From the NCBI GenBank assembly GCA_021791415.1, contig JAJYWQ010000041.1, positions 5,348 to 69,347 on the forward strand: DNA of 64,000 nucleotides, given 5' to 3'. The stretch's first letter is position 1; each line of letters opens with the position of its first letter. The DNA is from a bacterium (GTDB taxonomy: Bacteria > Chloroflexota > Dormibacteria > Aeolococcales > Bog-877). Both the position numbers and the translations under genes were made by a program. The notes beneath the pieces are model-generated. The model saw only the letters and a list, made by a program, of their open reading frames with translations. It was not told the DNA's origin and did not search any database. Below are positions 45,198 to 55,222 of the stretch, one piece after another.

Positions 45198-46610
45198 TCA
45201 AGGGGCAGCGTTCCCTGGAGTAGGTCCCCCAGTGCCCGTCCCGGACCGGGCATCCTCCACCACCACGGGCAGGCCCGCGGCGGCCGCCCGCCCGAAGTCA
45301 TCGTCGACCAGCACCGGCGGTATGCCCGCTCGGTCGAGGAGGCTGGCGGCGACACTGGCGCGGTACCCGGCCTGGCAGTGCACCCAGGTGGTCACCCGGG
45401 GAAGGCTTCCGAGGCGTGGGCCCAGCTCCCCCAGGGGGACCCAGGTCGCCCCGGGCAGGTGCCCCGCCCGCCACTCCTCCTCGGAGCGGACGTCCAGGAT
45501 CGTCGGCGGCCGGGGGGAGTTGAGCTCGGCGGCGAGATCCTCCCACCTGGCCAAAGGGTAGCCGCGGCCGGCGTCGCCGAGGTCCTCCGGGAGGAGGACG
45601 GCGGCCGCGGGGCGGTCAATCCCTATGCGGGCCAGGTCCCGCTGCGCACCTGCCAGCTCCGTCTCGGAGCTGGCCGCCAAGGTGATGGGGGTGCCCCAGG
45701 GGACGACCCACCCCACATAGGTGGTGAAGTAGCCGGGGTCGTGCTCCACACCCACCGTGCCGGGGAGGTGGGAGTGTGCGTATTGGCGGCGGGGCCGCAG
45801 GTCGACGACCCACTCGCCGGCGCCGATCCGGGAGGGAATGTCCTGCGGGGTCACCCGGGGTGGAGGGGTGAGATCCAACGCGGCTGGGCCGGCCCGGTTC
45901 AGGAGCCCCATGTGGGAGTAGTAGCTCGGGTAGGCTCCCAGTCCGGACCGCAGCGTGCGGACGAACTCGTCCTCGTCCTCGATGCGGCAGGCCAAATTGG
46001 TCCGCCGCTCCTCCCCGATCCAGCTCCGCTGGCCGCCACTGCCGGGCGAGGACGCACAGAAGCTCCCGAAACCGTGGGTCGGGTGGACCTCGACCGACTC
46101 CGGGAGCTCGAAGGCCAGTCGCCGCACCGACCGGTGCTGGTGCCGGCTCAGCTCCTCGGTGCGGTCGGGCGCCACCAGGTCGGTCCGACCGACGGTGCCG
46201 AAGAGCATCGATCCCCCGGAGAAGACCGCGCGGTCCTCGGACCCCGGTCCCTGCAGCAGGTATGCGCAGTGCCCGGGGGTGTGGCCCGGGGTGGGCACCA
46301 CCCTGATCCGGGACCGGCCCACCCTCCAGGTGTCCAGCTCGCGCGCCGGGCAGCAGTCGAAGCTGGCATCCTCCCCTCCGGCCACCACATAGGTCGCCCC
46401 GGTCCGCCGGGAGAGCTCCAGCCCACCTGTGACGTAGTCATTGTGCAGATGCGTCTCGAGGACCACCTTGACCCGCCAGCCCCGCCGGTCGAGGAGCCCG
46501 ATGATGCGGTCCAGGTCGCGCTGGGGATCGATGACCGCCGCCTCCAGGTGGTCGGCGATCACGTAGCTGCGATCGCCCAGCTCGGGAGTCTCCAGGACCT
46601 CTACCTGCAC
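45198..46610 (-). CDS. MBL-fold metallo-hydrolase (persulfide dioxygenase-like) fused to two rhodanese domains
   Basis: LETHLHNDYVTGG (HxHxDH-type), TPGHTPGH. Second rhodanese has the active-site loop HCQAGYRAS; the first lacks Cys. GTG 46610 with GGAGG 6 nt upstream; upstream part of track ORF rejected. Confidence 0.85.
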   Translation of the reverse strand: MQVEVLETPELGDRSYVIADHLEAAVIDPQRDLDRIIGLLDRRGWRVKVVLETHLHNDYVTGGLELSRRTGATYVVAGGEDASFDCCPARELDTWRVGRSRIRVVPTPGHTPGHCAYLLQGPGSEDRAVFSGGSMLFGTVGRTDLVAPDRTEELSRHQHRSVRRLAFELPESVEVHPTHGFGSFCASSPGSGGQRSWIGEERRTNLACRIEDEDEFVRTLRSGLGAYPSYYSHMGLLNRAGPAALDLTPPPRVTPQDIPSRIGAGEWVVDLRPRRQYAHSHLPGTVGVEHDPGYFTTYVGWVVPWGTPITLAASSETELAGAQRDLARIGIDRPAAAVLLPEDLGDAGRGYPLARWEDLAAELNSPRPPTILDVRSEEEWRAGHLPGATWVPLGELGPRLGSLPRVTTWVHCQAGYRASVAASLLDRAGIPPVLVDDDFGRAAAAGLPVVVEDARSGTGTGGPTPGNAAP

Positions 46611-46754
46611 GCCCGACCTCCACCAAGGACCGCCGGCACCCGGCCATCTCGCGACCTCTGGGCGCGAGTTTACCGTCCCCCAGCGGGGGCCGAGCTGAGG
46701 GCGTTCTGAGAGCCGGCGGCTGGGGCGCCGGCCGGTTCGGTAACGTTCCCCGAC

Positions 46755-47975
46755 ATGGATACCGGCAACTCCCCAGCCGAGAGGTGGGACGCCCACCTGC
46801 AGGGCGTGGTCGACTGCGTTGACGCGGCTCACCTCCGGGCCAGGGTGGAGCGGGGCGAGCACCTCCGGATCAAGTTCGGCATCGACCCCAGCGCCCCGGA
46901 CATTCACCTGGGCCACACCGTGCCCATGCGGCTGTTGCGGCGCTGGCAGGCCCTGGGGCACACCCCGGTCCTGATCATCGGAGACGTCACCGCCCAGATC
47001 GGCGATCCCACGGGGCGCTCCGCCACCCGCCCCCAGCTCACTGCGGAGGAGGTGGCGGCCAACGCCAGGACCTACCTGGAGCAGCTCTTCACGGTGGTGG
47101 CCGAGTCCGGAGCCGAGGTGCGCTGGCAGAGCGAGTGGTTCGGGGCGTTCGCTCTCTCAGACGTCCTGCGCCTGGCGGGCACCGCCACCGTGGCCCAGCT
47201 CCTGCAGCGATCGGACTTCGGCCAGCGGATGGCGGAGGAGCGGCCGATCGGTCTCCACGAGCTGCTCTACCCGCTTCTCCAGGGGTACGACTCGGTGGCG
47301 GTGGCGGCCGATGTGGAACTTGGAGGGACCGACCAGCTCTTCAACCTCCTGCGGGGTCGGGAGGTGCAGCTGGCCTACGGGATGGCGCCTCAGGATGTGG
47401 TCACCGTGCCGCTTTTGGTGGGCATCGACGGCCAGCGCAAGATGAGCAAGTCGCTCGGCAACGCGGTGGGGGTGGCCGACGCGCCCGACGAGCAGTTCGG
47501 CCGCTTGATGTCGATCCCCGATGCCCAGATCCTTCCCTACCTGGAGCTGGCGACCTCCACCCCACTCACTGAGTCCCGGGAGCTGGCCCGCGAGCTGGGT
47601 GCGGGGACGCTGCTGCCCCGCGACCTCAAGGAGCTGATGGCGAGACGGGTGGTGGCAGAGTTCCACGATGAGGATGCCGCTGACAGGGCGGCCCAGGAGT
47701 TTGTGCGTCGCTTCCGCCTCAAGGAGCTGCCCTCGGAGATCGCCGAGGTGGTGATCCCGCCGGGACCGCTGGATCCGCGGGACCTGCTGGTCCGGGCGGG
47801 GATGGCGAGTTCTCGCAGCGCGGGACTGCGCCTTCTCAACCAGGGGGCGGTGCGCCTGGGAGACCACCGGCTTCCCGCGGCTCCAGAGCCCGTGGAGTTC
47901 CCTTCGGGAACCATCCTGCGGGTGGGCCCGAGGCGGGTGGTGAGGCTCGTCCTCTCCCAGGCGGCCCGACCCTGA
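46755..47975 (+). CDS. tyrS: Tyrosine--tRNA ligase
   Basis: HIGH-type (PDIHLGHTV), KMSKS present, C-terminal S4-like domain. Confidence 0.95.
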   Translation: MDTGNSPAERWDAHLQGVVDCVDAAHLRARVERGEHLRIKFGIDPSAPDIHLGHTVPMRLLRRWQALGHTPVLIIGDVTAQIGDPTGRSATRPQLTAEEVAANARTYLEQLFTVVAESGAEVRWQSEWFGAFALSDVLRLAGTATVAQLLQRSDFGQRMAEERPIGLHELLYPLLQGYDSVAVAADVELGGTDQLFNLLRGREVQLAYGMAPQDVVTVPLLVGIDGQRKMSKSLGNAVGVADAPDEQFGRLMSIPDAQILPYLELATSTPLTESRELARELGAGTLLPRDLKELMARRVVAEFHDEDAADRAAQEFVRRFRLKELPSEIAEVVIPPGPLDPRDLLVRAGMASSRSAGLRLLNQGAVRLGDHRLPAAPEPVEFPSGTILRVGPRRVVRLVLSQAARP

Positions 47976-48076
47976 GCCCTGCTCCGCGGACTGCTAGGCT
48001 TGAGGGCGGCGGTACACTTCAGGGAATGCATGTTCGTGCCGGCCGCCCCAGGCGGGGCAGGCGACGGAGGTAGGCG

Positions 48077-48820
48077 GTGTCAGGGCACTCCAAGTGGGCG
48101 GGGATCAAGCACAAGAAGGCGGTGGTCGACGCCCGGAAGGGCCAGACCTTCACCAAGGTGGCCAGCGAGATCACTGTGGCGGCCCGGGAGGGAGGCGGCG
48201 ACCCAGCCGGCAACTTCCGGCTGCGCCTGGCCATCCAGAAGGCCCGCGAGGTCAACATGCCCGCCGACAACATCGAGCGGGCCATCAAGCGGGGGACGGG
48301 TGAGCTCCAGGGGGCGGCCATCGAGGAGATCCGCTACGAGGGCTACGGCCCCGGCGGGGTGGCGATCCTGGTGGACGCCCTGACCGACAATCGCAACCGC
48401 ACGGTGGCCGGGCTGCGCAACCTGTTCACACGGTCCGGGGGTAGCCTCGGCGAGACCAACTCCGTGGCCTGGATGTTCAACCGCACAGGGCTGATAACGG
48501 TGGATCCAAAGGGCCAGGACCCCGAGCTGCTGGCGCTGGAGGCTATCGAACTGGGAGCCGACGACGTCCAGGTGGAGGGTGACCTCGTCGAGGTCTACGT
48601 GGCCCCCGAGCGGCTGGAGGAGCTCCGTCAGGCCCTGCTGGACGCCGGGCGGGTGGTGGAGCGGGCCGAGGTGACCATGCAGGCGACCAATCCCGTCGAG
48701 GTGGAGGCCAAGCATGCCGCGGCGGTGGTCAGGCTGCTGGAGGCGCTGGAGGAGCATGACGACGTCCGTGAGGTCCACTGCAACGCCATCCTCCCCGACG
48801 ACGTCCTGGCCGAGGTCTGA
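48077..48820 (+). CDS. yebC: YebC/PmpR family DNA-binding transcriptional regulator
   Basis: MSGHSKWAGIKHKKAVVDARKGQTFTK... Confidence 0.9.
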   Translation: MSGHSKWAGIKHKKAVVDARKGQTFTKVASEITVAAREGGGDPAGNFRLRLAIQKAREVNMPADNIERAIKRGTGELQGAAIEEIRYEGYGPGGVAILVDALTDNRNRTVAGLRNLFTRSGGSLGETNSVAWMFNRTGLITVDPKGQDPELLALEAIELGADDVQVEGDLVEVYVAPERLEELRQALLDAGRVVERAEVTMQATNPVEVEAKHAAAVVRLLEALEEHDDVREVHCNAILPDDVLAEV

Positions 48821-48846
48821 CCTGCGGGGCGCGCGGAGGCGGGGTA

Positions 48847-49347
48847 TTGCTGGTCCTGGGGCTTGACCCGGGCCTGGCCCTGACCGGCTGGGCGCTGGTG
48901 GAGGGCGAGGGAGGGCGGCTGCGGCTGCGAGGCTCCGGCTGCCTCACCACCCAAGCTCAGCTGAGCGAGCCGCAGCGGCTGCTTGCTCTGTCCCGGCAGG
49001 CCGAGGAGCTGCTGGCGATGGCCGGTGCCGAGGTGGTGGCGGTGGAGAGACTCTTCTTCCAGCGCAACGTCTCCACGGCGATGGCTGTCAGCCAAGCCCG
49101 CGGCGTGCTGCTCTGCGCCGCCGCGCGCCGCGGGCTCCAGGTGGCCGAGTACACCCCAGGCGAGGTGAAGCGGGCGGTCACCGGATCCGGCTCGGCGGAC
49201 AAGCGCCAGGTGGCCCGGATGGTCCAGCTGATCCTCGGGGCCAAGGTCCCGACCACACCGGACGATGTCACCGATGCCTGCGCTGTGGGGATCTGCCACC
49301 AGCACGCCAGCGGGCTTCGCCTGGCACTCGCCGCGAGTCGCGCTTGA
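48847..49347 (+). CDS. ruvC: Crossover junction endodeoxyribonuclease RuvC
   Basis: VLGLDPGLALTGWALVE, VAVERLFF, PGEVKRAVTGSGSADKRQV, DVTDACAVGICH. Confidence 0.9.
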   Translation: MLVLGLDPGLALTGWALVEGEGGRLRLRGSGCLTTQAQLSEPQRLLALSRQAEELLAMAGAEVVAVERLFFQRNVSTAMAVSQARGVLLCAAARRGLQVAEYTPGEVKRAVTGSGSADKRQVARMVQLILGAKVPTTPDDVTDACAVGICHQHASGLRLALAASRA

Positions 49348-49961
49348 TCGCCTCGCTCCGGGGCGCGGTCGGCCGGGTCGACGAGGAGTCCGTGGTGATC
49401 GAGGTTGCCGGCGTCGGGTATCAGGTGTTCGTCCACCAGCGAACGGCTGCTCAACTGCGTGCCGCGGTGGGGGAGGTCAGGCTTGACGTCCATACCGTGG
49501 TCCGGGACGACGCCATCGCCCTGTATGGCTTCCTCGACCCCCAGGAGCTGGTCTTCTTTCGCCACCTGCTGGGGGTGGAGCGCATCGGCCCCAAGGCCGC
49601 GCTCGCCATCCTCTCGCGCACCGAGTGGGGGGTTCTGGCCGAGGCCATCGCCGCCGAGGACCACGGCGTGCTGGCCGCGGTCCCCGGGATCGGAGTCAAG
49701 ACGGCGAGACGGATAGTCCTGGAGCTGAAGGGAACGGTCGACCAGATGGGGATCGCCCGGCCTCCGGGAGGAGCGCCGTCCGGTGGGGCTCCGGTGGAGC
49801 GGGCGGTAGATGCGCTGGTCCAGCTGGGCTTCTCCGCACCACAGGCGCGGGAGGCGGTGGGAGCTGGTCTCGCCGCCGCACCGCGGGAGGAGGCGCGCTC
49901 GGTCGAAGACCTGGTGAGGGACGCATTGCAGCTGCTCGGCTCCAGGGAGCTGCGCCGGTGA
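49344..49961 (+). CDS. ruvA: Holliday junction branch migration complex subunit RuvA
   Basis: MIASLRGAV...[32 protein letters not shown]. Confidence 0.9.
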   Translation: MIASLRGAVGRVDEESVVIEVAGVGYQVFVHQRTAAQLRAAVGEVRLDVHTVVRDDAIALYGFLDPQELVFFRHLLGVERIGPKAALAILSRTEWGVLAEAIAAEDHGVLAAVPGIGVKTARRIVLELKGTVDQMGIARPPGGAPSGGAPVERAVDALVQLGFSAPQAREAVGAGLAAAPREEARSVEDLVRDALQLLGSRELRR

Positions 49962-51007
49962 GCGAGCCCGACAGCATCTACGAGCCGCAGGTCGGCCCCG
50001 ACGAGCCGGAACTCGATCGCCAGCTGCGGCCGCAGCGGCTCTTGGAGTTCGTGGGTCAGGAGCAGGTCAAGGATCAGCTGGCCATCCTCCTGGAGGCCGC
50101 CCGCATGCGCGGGGAGTCGGTGGAGCACCTCCTGCTCTGTGGACCACCGGGGCTGGGGAAGACCACCCTGGCCAACATCGTGGCCTTGGAGATGGGGGTG
50201 AACCTCAGGGTCACCAGCGGCCCGGCCCTGGAGCATCAGGGTGCCCTGGCGAGCCTGTTGACCAGCCTGGGCGAGCGTGACATCCTCTTCATCGACGAGG
50301 TCCACAGGCTCCAGCGGGCGGTGGAGGAGAGCCTCTACCCGGCCATGGAGGAGTTCGCCTTCGACTTCGTTTCAGGCAAGGGGGCCGGAGCCCAGACGCT
50401 GCGCCTCGCGCTGCAGCGCTTCACCGTGGTAGGGGCCACAACCCGGGAGGGGATGCTCTCGGCACCCCTTCGGGACCGCTTCGGCGCCACCTTCAGGCTC
50501 GACTTCTACACTCCGGATCAGCTGCTGGCCATCGTCTCGCGCTCCGCGCGGCTCCTCCAGGTGGAGGCGGACCAGGATGCTCTGGCCCTGATCGCGGCCC
50601 GGTCCCGGGGAACCCCGAGGATCGCCAACCGGCTGCTGCGCCGAGTGCGTGACTTCGCCCTGGTGCGCGGCGCCGGTGCGGTCACGAGGGTGGCCACGGA
50701 GGCGGCCCTGGATCTCCTGGAGGTCGACTCGCTGGGGCTCCAGGACTCCGACCGCCGCCTTCTGCGGCTCATCTGCACCAGCTTCGGCGGAGGGCCTGTG
50801 GGGCTCGGGACGCTGGGCGCGGCCCTCTCCGAGGAGCCGCACACCCTGGAGGAGGTGGTGGAGCCCTACCTCCTTCAGCTGGGCCTGCTGCAGCGTACCC
50901 CCCGCGGCCGGATGGCCACCGCCGGCGCCTACCGCCATTTGGGGATGGCGCCACCTCCCCATCTGGTCGCTCCGTCCTCGGAGCCCCCTCTCTTCCCGGC
51001 GGAGTGA
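49958..51007 (+). CDS. ruvB: Holliday junction branch migration DNA helicase RuvB
   Basis: [74 protein letters not shown]. Confidence 0.95.
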   Translation: MSEPDSIYEPQVGPDEPELDRQLRPQRLLEFVGQEQVKDQLAILLEAARMRGESVEHLLLCGPPGLGKTTLANIVALEMGVNLRVTSGPALEHQGALASLLTSLGERDILFIDEVHRLQRAVEESLYPAMEEFAFDFVSGKGAGAQTLRLALQRFTVVGATTREGMLSAPLRDRFGATFRLDFYTPDQLLAIVSRSARLLQVEADQDALALIAARSRGTPRIANRLLRRVRDFALVRGAGAVTRVATEAALDLLEVDSLGLQDSDRRLLRLICTSFGGGPVGLGTLGAALSEEPHTLEEVVEPYLLQLGLLQRTPRGRMATAGAYRHLGMAPPPHLVAPSSEPPLFPAE

Positions 51008-51053
51008 GGGCCCCGCGATTCCGGCCCGAGGGGGAGTGGCGAGCCGGTCCGGC

Positions 51054-51066
51054 TAGAATCTAGAAC
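51054..51066 (+). promoter_or_regulatory. Tandem TAGAAT/TAGAAC -10-like hexamers upstream of secDF
   Basis: TAGAATCTAGAAC lies 41-53 nt upstream of the secDF TTG. A 12-codon mini-ORF (ATG 51072) ends in a TGA overlapping that TTG. Confidence 0.2.
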
Positions 51067-51106
51067 TCGCGATGACCAGCAACCCAATGCGGCGGGCTCA
51101 ACACTC

Positions 51107-53674
51107 TTGATCCGGATCAACCGGTGGTGGCTGGGGCTTGTCTTCGTGCTGGTCGTGGGGGCCATAGTCGTGGATGCCTACCCCCAGATCTACAACCTTC
51201 TGGTGCGCCACAAGGCGGTCACCGCCTCGTATCCGGCGAATCAGCACCCGTCCCTGCTCGGGGCCCAGCCCTACATCCACAAGGGTCTCGACCTGCAGGG
51301 AGGCACCTCGCTCACCCTCGCCATCTGCCTCGGGCCCAACAACCCGCCGGGGATCGGCTGTCGCACCGGCCTCCCCAAGGGGAAGACCCTGGCCGAAGCT
51401 CAGTCGGCCAGCCTCACCATCATCCAGCGGCGGGTGAACTCGCTGGGAGTGGCCGACACCCAGGTTCAGGCCCAGGGGAGCAACCAGATCCTGGTCCAGC
51501 TCCCCGGGGTGGGCATCGGCCAGGCCCTCAAGACCCTGGGGTCCACCGCCCAGCTGCATTTCGCCGTGGCGGTGCCGGGCAAGCCCACCGTCAACGGTCA
51601 ACCAGGCACCTGCACCACCCAGACCTGCATCGACCAGAACCAGCTGGTCCCCAGCAGCTGCTTCCCCCCGGGGCACGCCAAGCCCAGCTGTCAGTTCAAC
51701 AGCACCGCCGACTACCCGGTGTCGTCCACGGGGGCCGCGTACCACTGGAAGATCATCAAGAACCTACCCGCCTCGGCTGTCGCCTCCGCCGCGGTGGGCC
51801 AGAACCCGGGCGGCGGTTACGCCGTGGACATCACCTTCGACAGCCAGGGGGCGTCGGTCTGGAGCCAGGTCACCACCAAGGCCTGTGCCAACAACCCGCT
51901 CTGCAGCACCACGGGGACGGGCGGCTCGTGTTCCACCCCACCGCCCCCCTCCGCCCAGGTGGCGATCTTCCTGGACAACGAGATTTTGACCGCGCCCTGC
52001 GTCGAGGGGCCCAGCAGCAACCAGACTGAGATCACCGGGAACTTCACCTTCAACTCGGCTCAGGCGCTGGTCAACGACATCAACGCCGGGGCGCTCCCGG
52101 CTCAGATCGGCGTCCTGCAGTCGACGACTGTGTCCGCCACCTTGGGCCGGCAGTCGGTCGCCCAGAGCCTGAGGGCCGGAGCCCTGGGGTTGGCCCTGGT
52201 GATCATCTTCATGATCGCCTACTATCGCTTCCCCGGCTTCCTGGCCAGCGTCGCCCTCATCTGCTACGCGCTCATCGTCCTGGCGGTCTACGAGCTCATC
52301 CCGGTGGTCATCACCCTGCCGGGCCTGGCCGGCTTCATCCTCAGCGTGGGGATGGCCGTCGATGCCAATGTGCTGATATTCGAGAGAACCAAGGAGGAAC
52401 TGCGCCAGGGAAGGCCCCTGGAGCTGGCCGTGGAATACGGCTTCCGCCGGGCCTGGCCGGCGATCCGTGACTCCAACATCGCGACCATGATCACCTGCAC
52501 CGTCCTGTACTTCTTCGGGGCGGCGGACGTGCAGGGCTTCGCCCTCACCCTCTTCATCGGGGTGGCCGTGAGCATGTTCTCGGCCATCGTCATCACCCAC
52601 TCGCTGCTGCACTACGTCCAGCGCTGGTTCGCCTTCGCCCGCCGACCTACCCGCTACACCCGGATCGTGCCCACCGACCGCCTCAAGGCCACCTTCAGCT
52701 CCGGCAGCCGGTTCGACGTCGTCACCCACCGCAACTGGTACTTCGCAGCCTCCCTCATCGTGATCGTGCCCGGGATCATCACCATCCTGTTCGCCGGGTT
52801 CAACCTCGGCATCGACTTCACCGGCGGTGACTCGATCAGCGTGCAGCTGCACCAGCCGACCACCGCGGCCGCAGTCCAAAAGGTGGTGACGGACACCTAC
52901 CGGCCCAGCCATCCCCAGGTGCTGGCCGAGTCGAATCACTACTACTCGATCACCACCCAGCCGATCGCGGCCAGTGAGCTCACGAGGATCAACCAGGCCC
53001 TCGACCAGAACTTCGGGATCACCAAGGATCACTCGGGCTCGCTCAACCTCAGTGAGAGCACGGTCGGCCCCACCATCGCCAGCAGCCTGGTGGTCAGTTC
53101 GGTTCTGCTGGTGATCGTGGCCGCCGCCCTCATCTCCGTCTACCTGGGCTTCCGCTTCTCCCAGACGATGATCAGCGCCCGCCGCTTCGCCCTCTGTGCC
53201 ATGGCGGCCCTGCTGCACGACGTCTTCGTCTTGGTCGGGTTGTGGGCCATCCTGGGGCACTTCAGCCAACTGGGCTCGGTAAACGCCCTCTTCGTCAGCG
53301 CGGTGCTCACCGTGGTCGGATTCTCCGTCCACGACACCATCGTGGTCTTCGACCGGATCCGGGAGAACCTGCGGGTCCAGGGGCCGAGGATGACCTTCGA
53401 CCAGGTGGTCAACCTCTCGATCGCTCAGACCATGTCCCGCTCCCTGAACACCTCGCTGACGGTTCTCTTCGTGCTGCTCACCCTGGTGCTTCTGGGAGGG
53501 GCCTCGGTCCAGGGGTTCGTCCTCGCCCTGCTCATCGGAATCTTCTCGGGAACCTACTCCTCGATCTTCAATGCCGCCACCCTCCTCACCGCCTGGCGGC
53601 AGCTCGACCGCCAGGCGGTGGTCCGTCGAGGCGGCAGTTCTCGGGTAGCGGCGATCCCCGCCACCCGGCGCTGA
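51107..53674 (+). CDS. secDF: Protein translocase subunit SecDF (fused SecD-SecF)
   Basis: N-terminal TM, large periplasmic head, then 5+6 TM with LGLALVIIFMIAYYR, GFILSVGMAVDANVLIFER, FSVHDTIVVFDRIREN. Confidence 0.9.
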   Translation: MIRINRWWLGLVFVLVVGAIVVDAYPQIYNLLVRHKAVTASYPANQHPSLLGAQPYIHKGLDLQGGTSLTLAICLGPNNPPGIGCRTGLPKGKTLAEAQSASLTIIQRRVNSLGVADTQVQAQGSNQILVQLPGVGIGQALKTLGSTAQLHFAVAVPGKPTVNGQPGTCTTQTCIDQNQLVPSSCFPPGHAKPSCQFNSTADYPVSSTGAAYHWKIIKNLPASAVASAAVGQNPGGGYAVDITFDSQGASVWSQVTTKACANNPLCSTTGTGGSCSTPPPPSAQVAIFLDNEILTAPCVEGPSSNQTEITGNFTFNSAQALVNDINAGALPAQIGVLQSTTVSATLGRQSVAQSLRAGALGLALVIIFMIAYYRFPGFLASVALICYALIVLAVYELIPVVITLPGLAGFILSVGMAVDANVLIFERTKEELRQGRPLELAVEYGFRRAWPAIRDSNIATMITCTVLYFFGAADVQGFALTLFIGVAVSMFSAIVITHSLLHYVQRWFAFARRPTRYTRIVPTDRLKATFSSGSRFDVVTHRNWYFAASLIVIVPGIITILFAGFNLGIDFTGGDSISVQLHQPTTAAAVQKVVTDTYRPSHPQVLAESNHYYSITTQPIAASELTRINQALDQNFGITKDHSGSLNLSESTVGPTIASSLVVSSVLLVIVAAALISVYLGFRFSQTMISARRFALCAMAALLHDVFVLVGLWAILGHFSQLGSVNALFVSAVLTVVGFSVHDTIVVFDRIRENLRVQGPRMTFDQVVNLSIAQTMSRSLNTSLTVLFVLLTLVLLGGASVQGFVLALLIGIFSGTYSSIFNAATLLTAWRQLDRQAVVRRGGSSRVAAIPATRR

Positions 53675-53692
53675 GCGTCGACCCCCGGTGGG

Positions 53693-54187
53693 TTGGACAT
53701 GACGGGGGAGCCGGGGTCAAAGACCGACCCCGCCCGTCTCAGGAGCCTGGTGCAGGCACCGATCTCGGAGCTCGGCCTCACTCTGCTGGGGCTCTCCTGG
53801 GCCGGCGGGCGCCGCGGTGCGACACTGCGGGTGACCGTGGATCGGCCCGGCGGGGTCACTGTGGACGAGTGCGGTGCCGCCAGCCTGGCCATCTCCGCGG
53901 TGCTCGACGTGCACGAGGCCGAGCTCCCCGAGTCCTACTCGCTGGAGGTCAGCTCCCCCGGGGCTGAGCGGATGCTGACCACCGAGGAGGACTTGCGGTC
54001 CAGCCTTGGGCGCCGCCTCCGGGTCGTGGTGGCGCGGTCCGGACAGGAGGCGGTCATCGAGGGACGTCTGACCGCCGTCTCCGACCGGCTGCTGGAGCTG
54101 GAGGCCCGGCGCCGCAGCGGTCGGCCCCAGCGGATCGAGCTCGAGCGGTCGGACCTGGTATCCGCCCAGGTGGTGGTGGACCTATGA
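53693..54187 (+). CDS. rimP: Ribosome maturation factor RimP
   Basis: LLGLSWAGGRRGATLRVTVDRPGGVTVDEC, YSLEVSSPGAERML. Confidence 0.85.
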   Translation: MDMTGEPGSKTDPARLRSLVQAPISELGLTLLGLSWAGGRRGATLRVTVDRPGGVTVDECGAASLAISAVLDVHEAELPESYSLEVSSPGAERMLTTEEDLRSSLGRRLRVVVARSGQEAVIEGRLTAVSDRLLELEARRRSGRPQRIELERSDLVSAQVVVDL

Positions 54188-55161
54188 CCCCTCCGCGGGG
54201 CGTCTCTCCGGGAGGGCTGGACGCGGCGCTGGCGGCAGTTTGGGAGGAATTGGGCGTCGACCCCGCCCGGCTCATGGAGGAGGTGTCCCTCGCCCTCTCC
54301 GAGGCGCTGGCCGAGTCGGGCAGCCCGGTGGCCGGCCAGGTCGCCGTGCGGCTGGCCCAAGGCGGTGAGGTGGAGGTGGTGTCGATCGGCGAGGGGGAGC
54401 CGGCACCCATCTCCCTGGCGCCCCAGGTGGTGGCGCGGGCGGCTCGGCTGGCCCGGGTCCGCCTCGCCCGGCAGCTGGAGGAGACCAGGCGCGACCGTTT
54501 GGCCGCGGAGGCGGTGGAGCATCGCGGGCAGCTCATGGACGGGGTGGTGGAGCGCCGGGCGGGAGGCACCTGGTTCCTGCGGGCCGGTCACCTGCAGGCG
54601 GTGCTGGGTCCGAGCGAGCAGATCCCCGGTGAGCGCCTGGCGCTGGGGCGCCACCTCAAGGTCGTCCTGCTGGAGTCCCGCCGCGGGGGGCCGGAGATGA
54701 TCGAGGTGCGGGCCTCGCGCACGTCTCCCCTCCTTCTGCGCCGCCTCCTGGAGATAGAGGTCCCGGAGGTCGCCTCCGGGGAGGTCGTCATACGGGCGGT
54801 CACCCGCGAGCCGGGCGTGCGGGCCAAAGTCGCGGTGGAGTCACTCAGGCCCGGCCTGGACCCCAAGGGTGCCTGCATCGGGCCGAAGAGCACCCGGATC
54901 CGGGCGGTGGTGGGGGAGCTGGCGGGGGAGGAGGTGGACATAGTCGAGTGGGCGGATGACGCCGCCACCTTCGTGGCCTCGGCCCTGGGCCCGGCACCGG
55001 TGGTCGGCGTCCGCCTCGACCAGGAGGGCCACCGGGCGGTGGTCGAGGTGGCTCCCGAGATGCTCTCGCTGGCGATCGGCAAGGAGGGACGGAACGCCCG
55101 CCTGGCGGCCCGGCTCACGGGGTGGCGCATCGACATCCGGGTGCCCGGGACGGAGCCGTGA
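54184..55161 (+). CDS. nusA: Transcription termination/antitermination factor NusA
   Basis: S1-like region then KH1/KH2 (DPKGACIGPKSTRIRAVVGELAGEEVDIVEW; LSLAIGKEGRNARLAARLTGWRIDI). N-domain is divergent. Confidence 0.9.
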   Translation: MTPPRGVSPGGLDAALAAVWEELGVDPARLMEEVSLALSEALAESGSPVAGQVAVRLAQGGEVEVVSIGEGEPAPISLAPQVVARAARLARVRLARQLEETRRDRLAAEAVEHRGQLMDGVVERRAGGTWFLRAGHLQAVLGPSEQIPGERLALGRHLKVVLLESRRGGPEMIEVRASRTSPLLLRRLLEIEVPEVASGEVVIRAVTREPGVRAKVAVESLRPGLDPKGACIGPKSTRIRAVVGELAGEEVDIVEWADDAATFVASALGPAPVVGVRLDQEGHRAVVEVAPEMLSLAIGKEGRNARLAARLTGWRIDIRVPGTEP

Positions 55162-55222
55162 CCGGAGGCGCGGGGCCGGCCGGCGGTCGGGCCCCCGGCC
55201 AAGCCGCCAGCGCCCACCGGAG

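Noticed and set aside
46611-46754. Possible T-box leader upstream of tyrS (also considered for hisS, aspS, alaS, thrS, pheS)
   Set aside because: The leaders are too short (0-144 nt). No specifier-loop/T-box sequence (GGTGGTACCGCG-like) or terminator/antiterminator pair is visible.
46611-46961. 117-aa N-terminal extension of the MBL-rhodanese ORF reaching into tyrS
   Set aside because: The MBL domain begins at VQVEVLETP, with GGAGG 6 nt upstream of GTG 46610. The extension is non-protein-like and overlaps the tyrS start.
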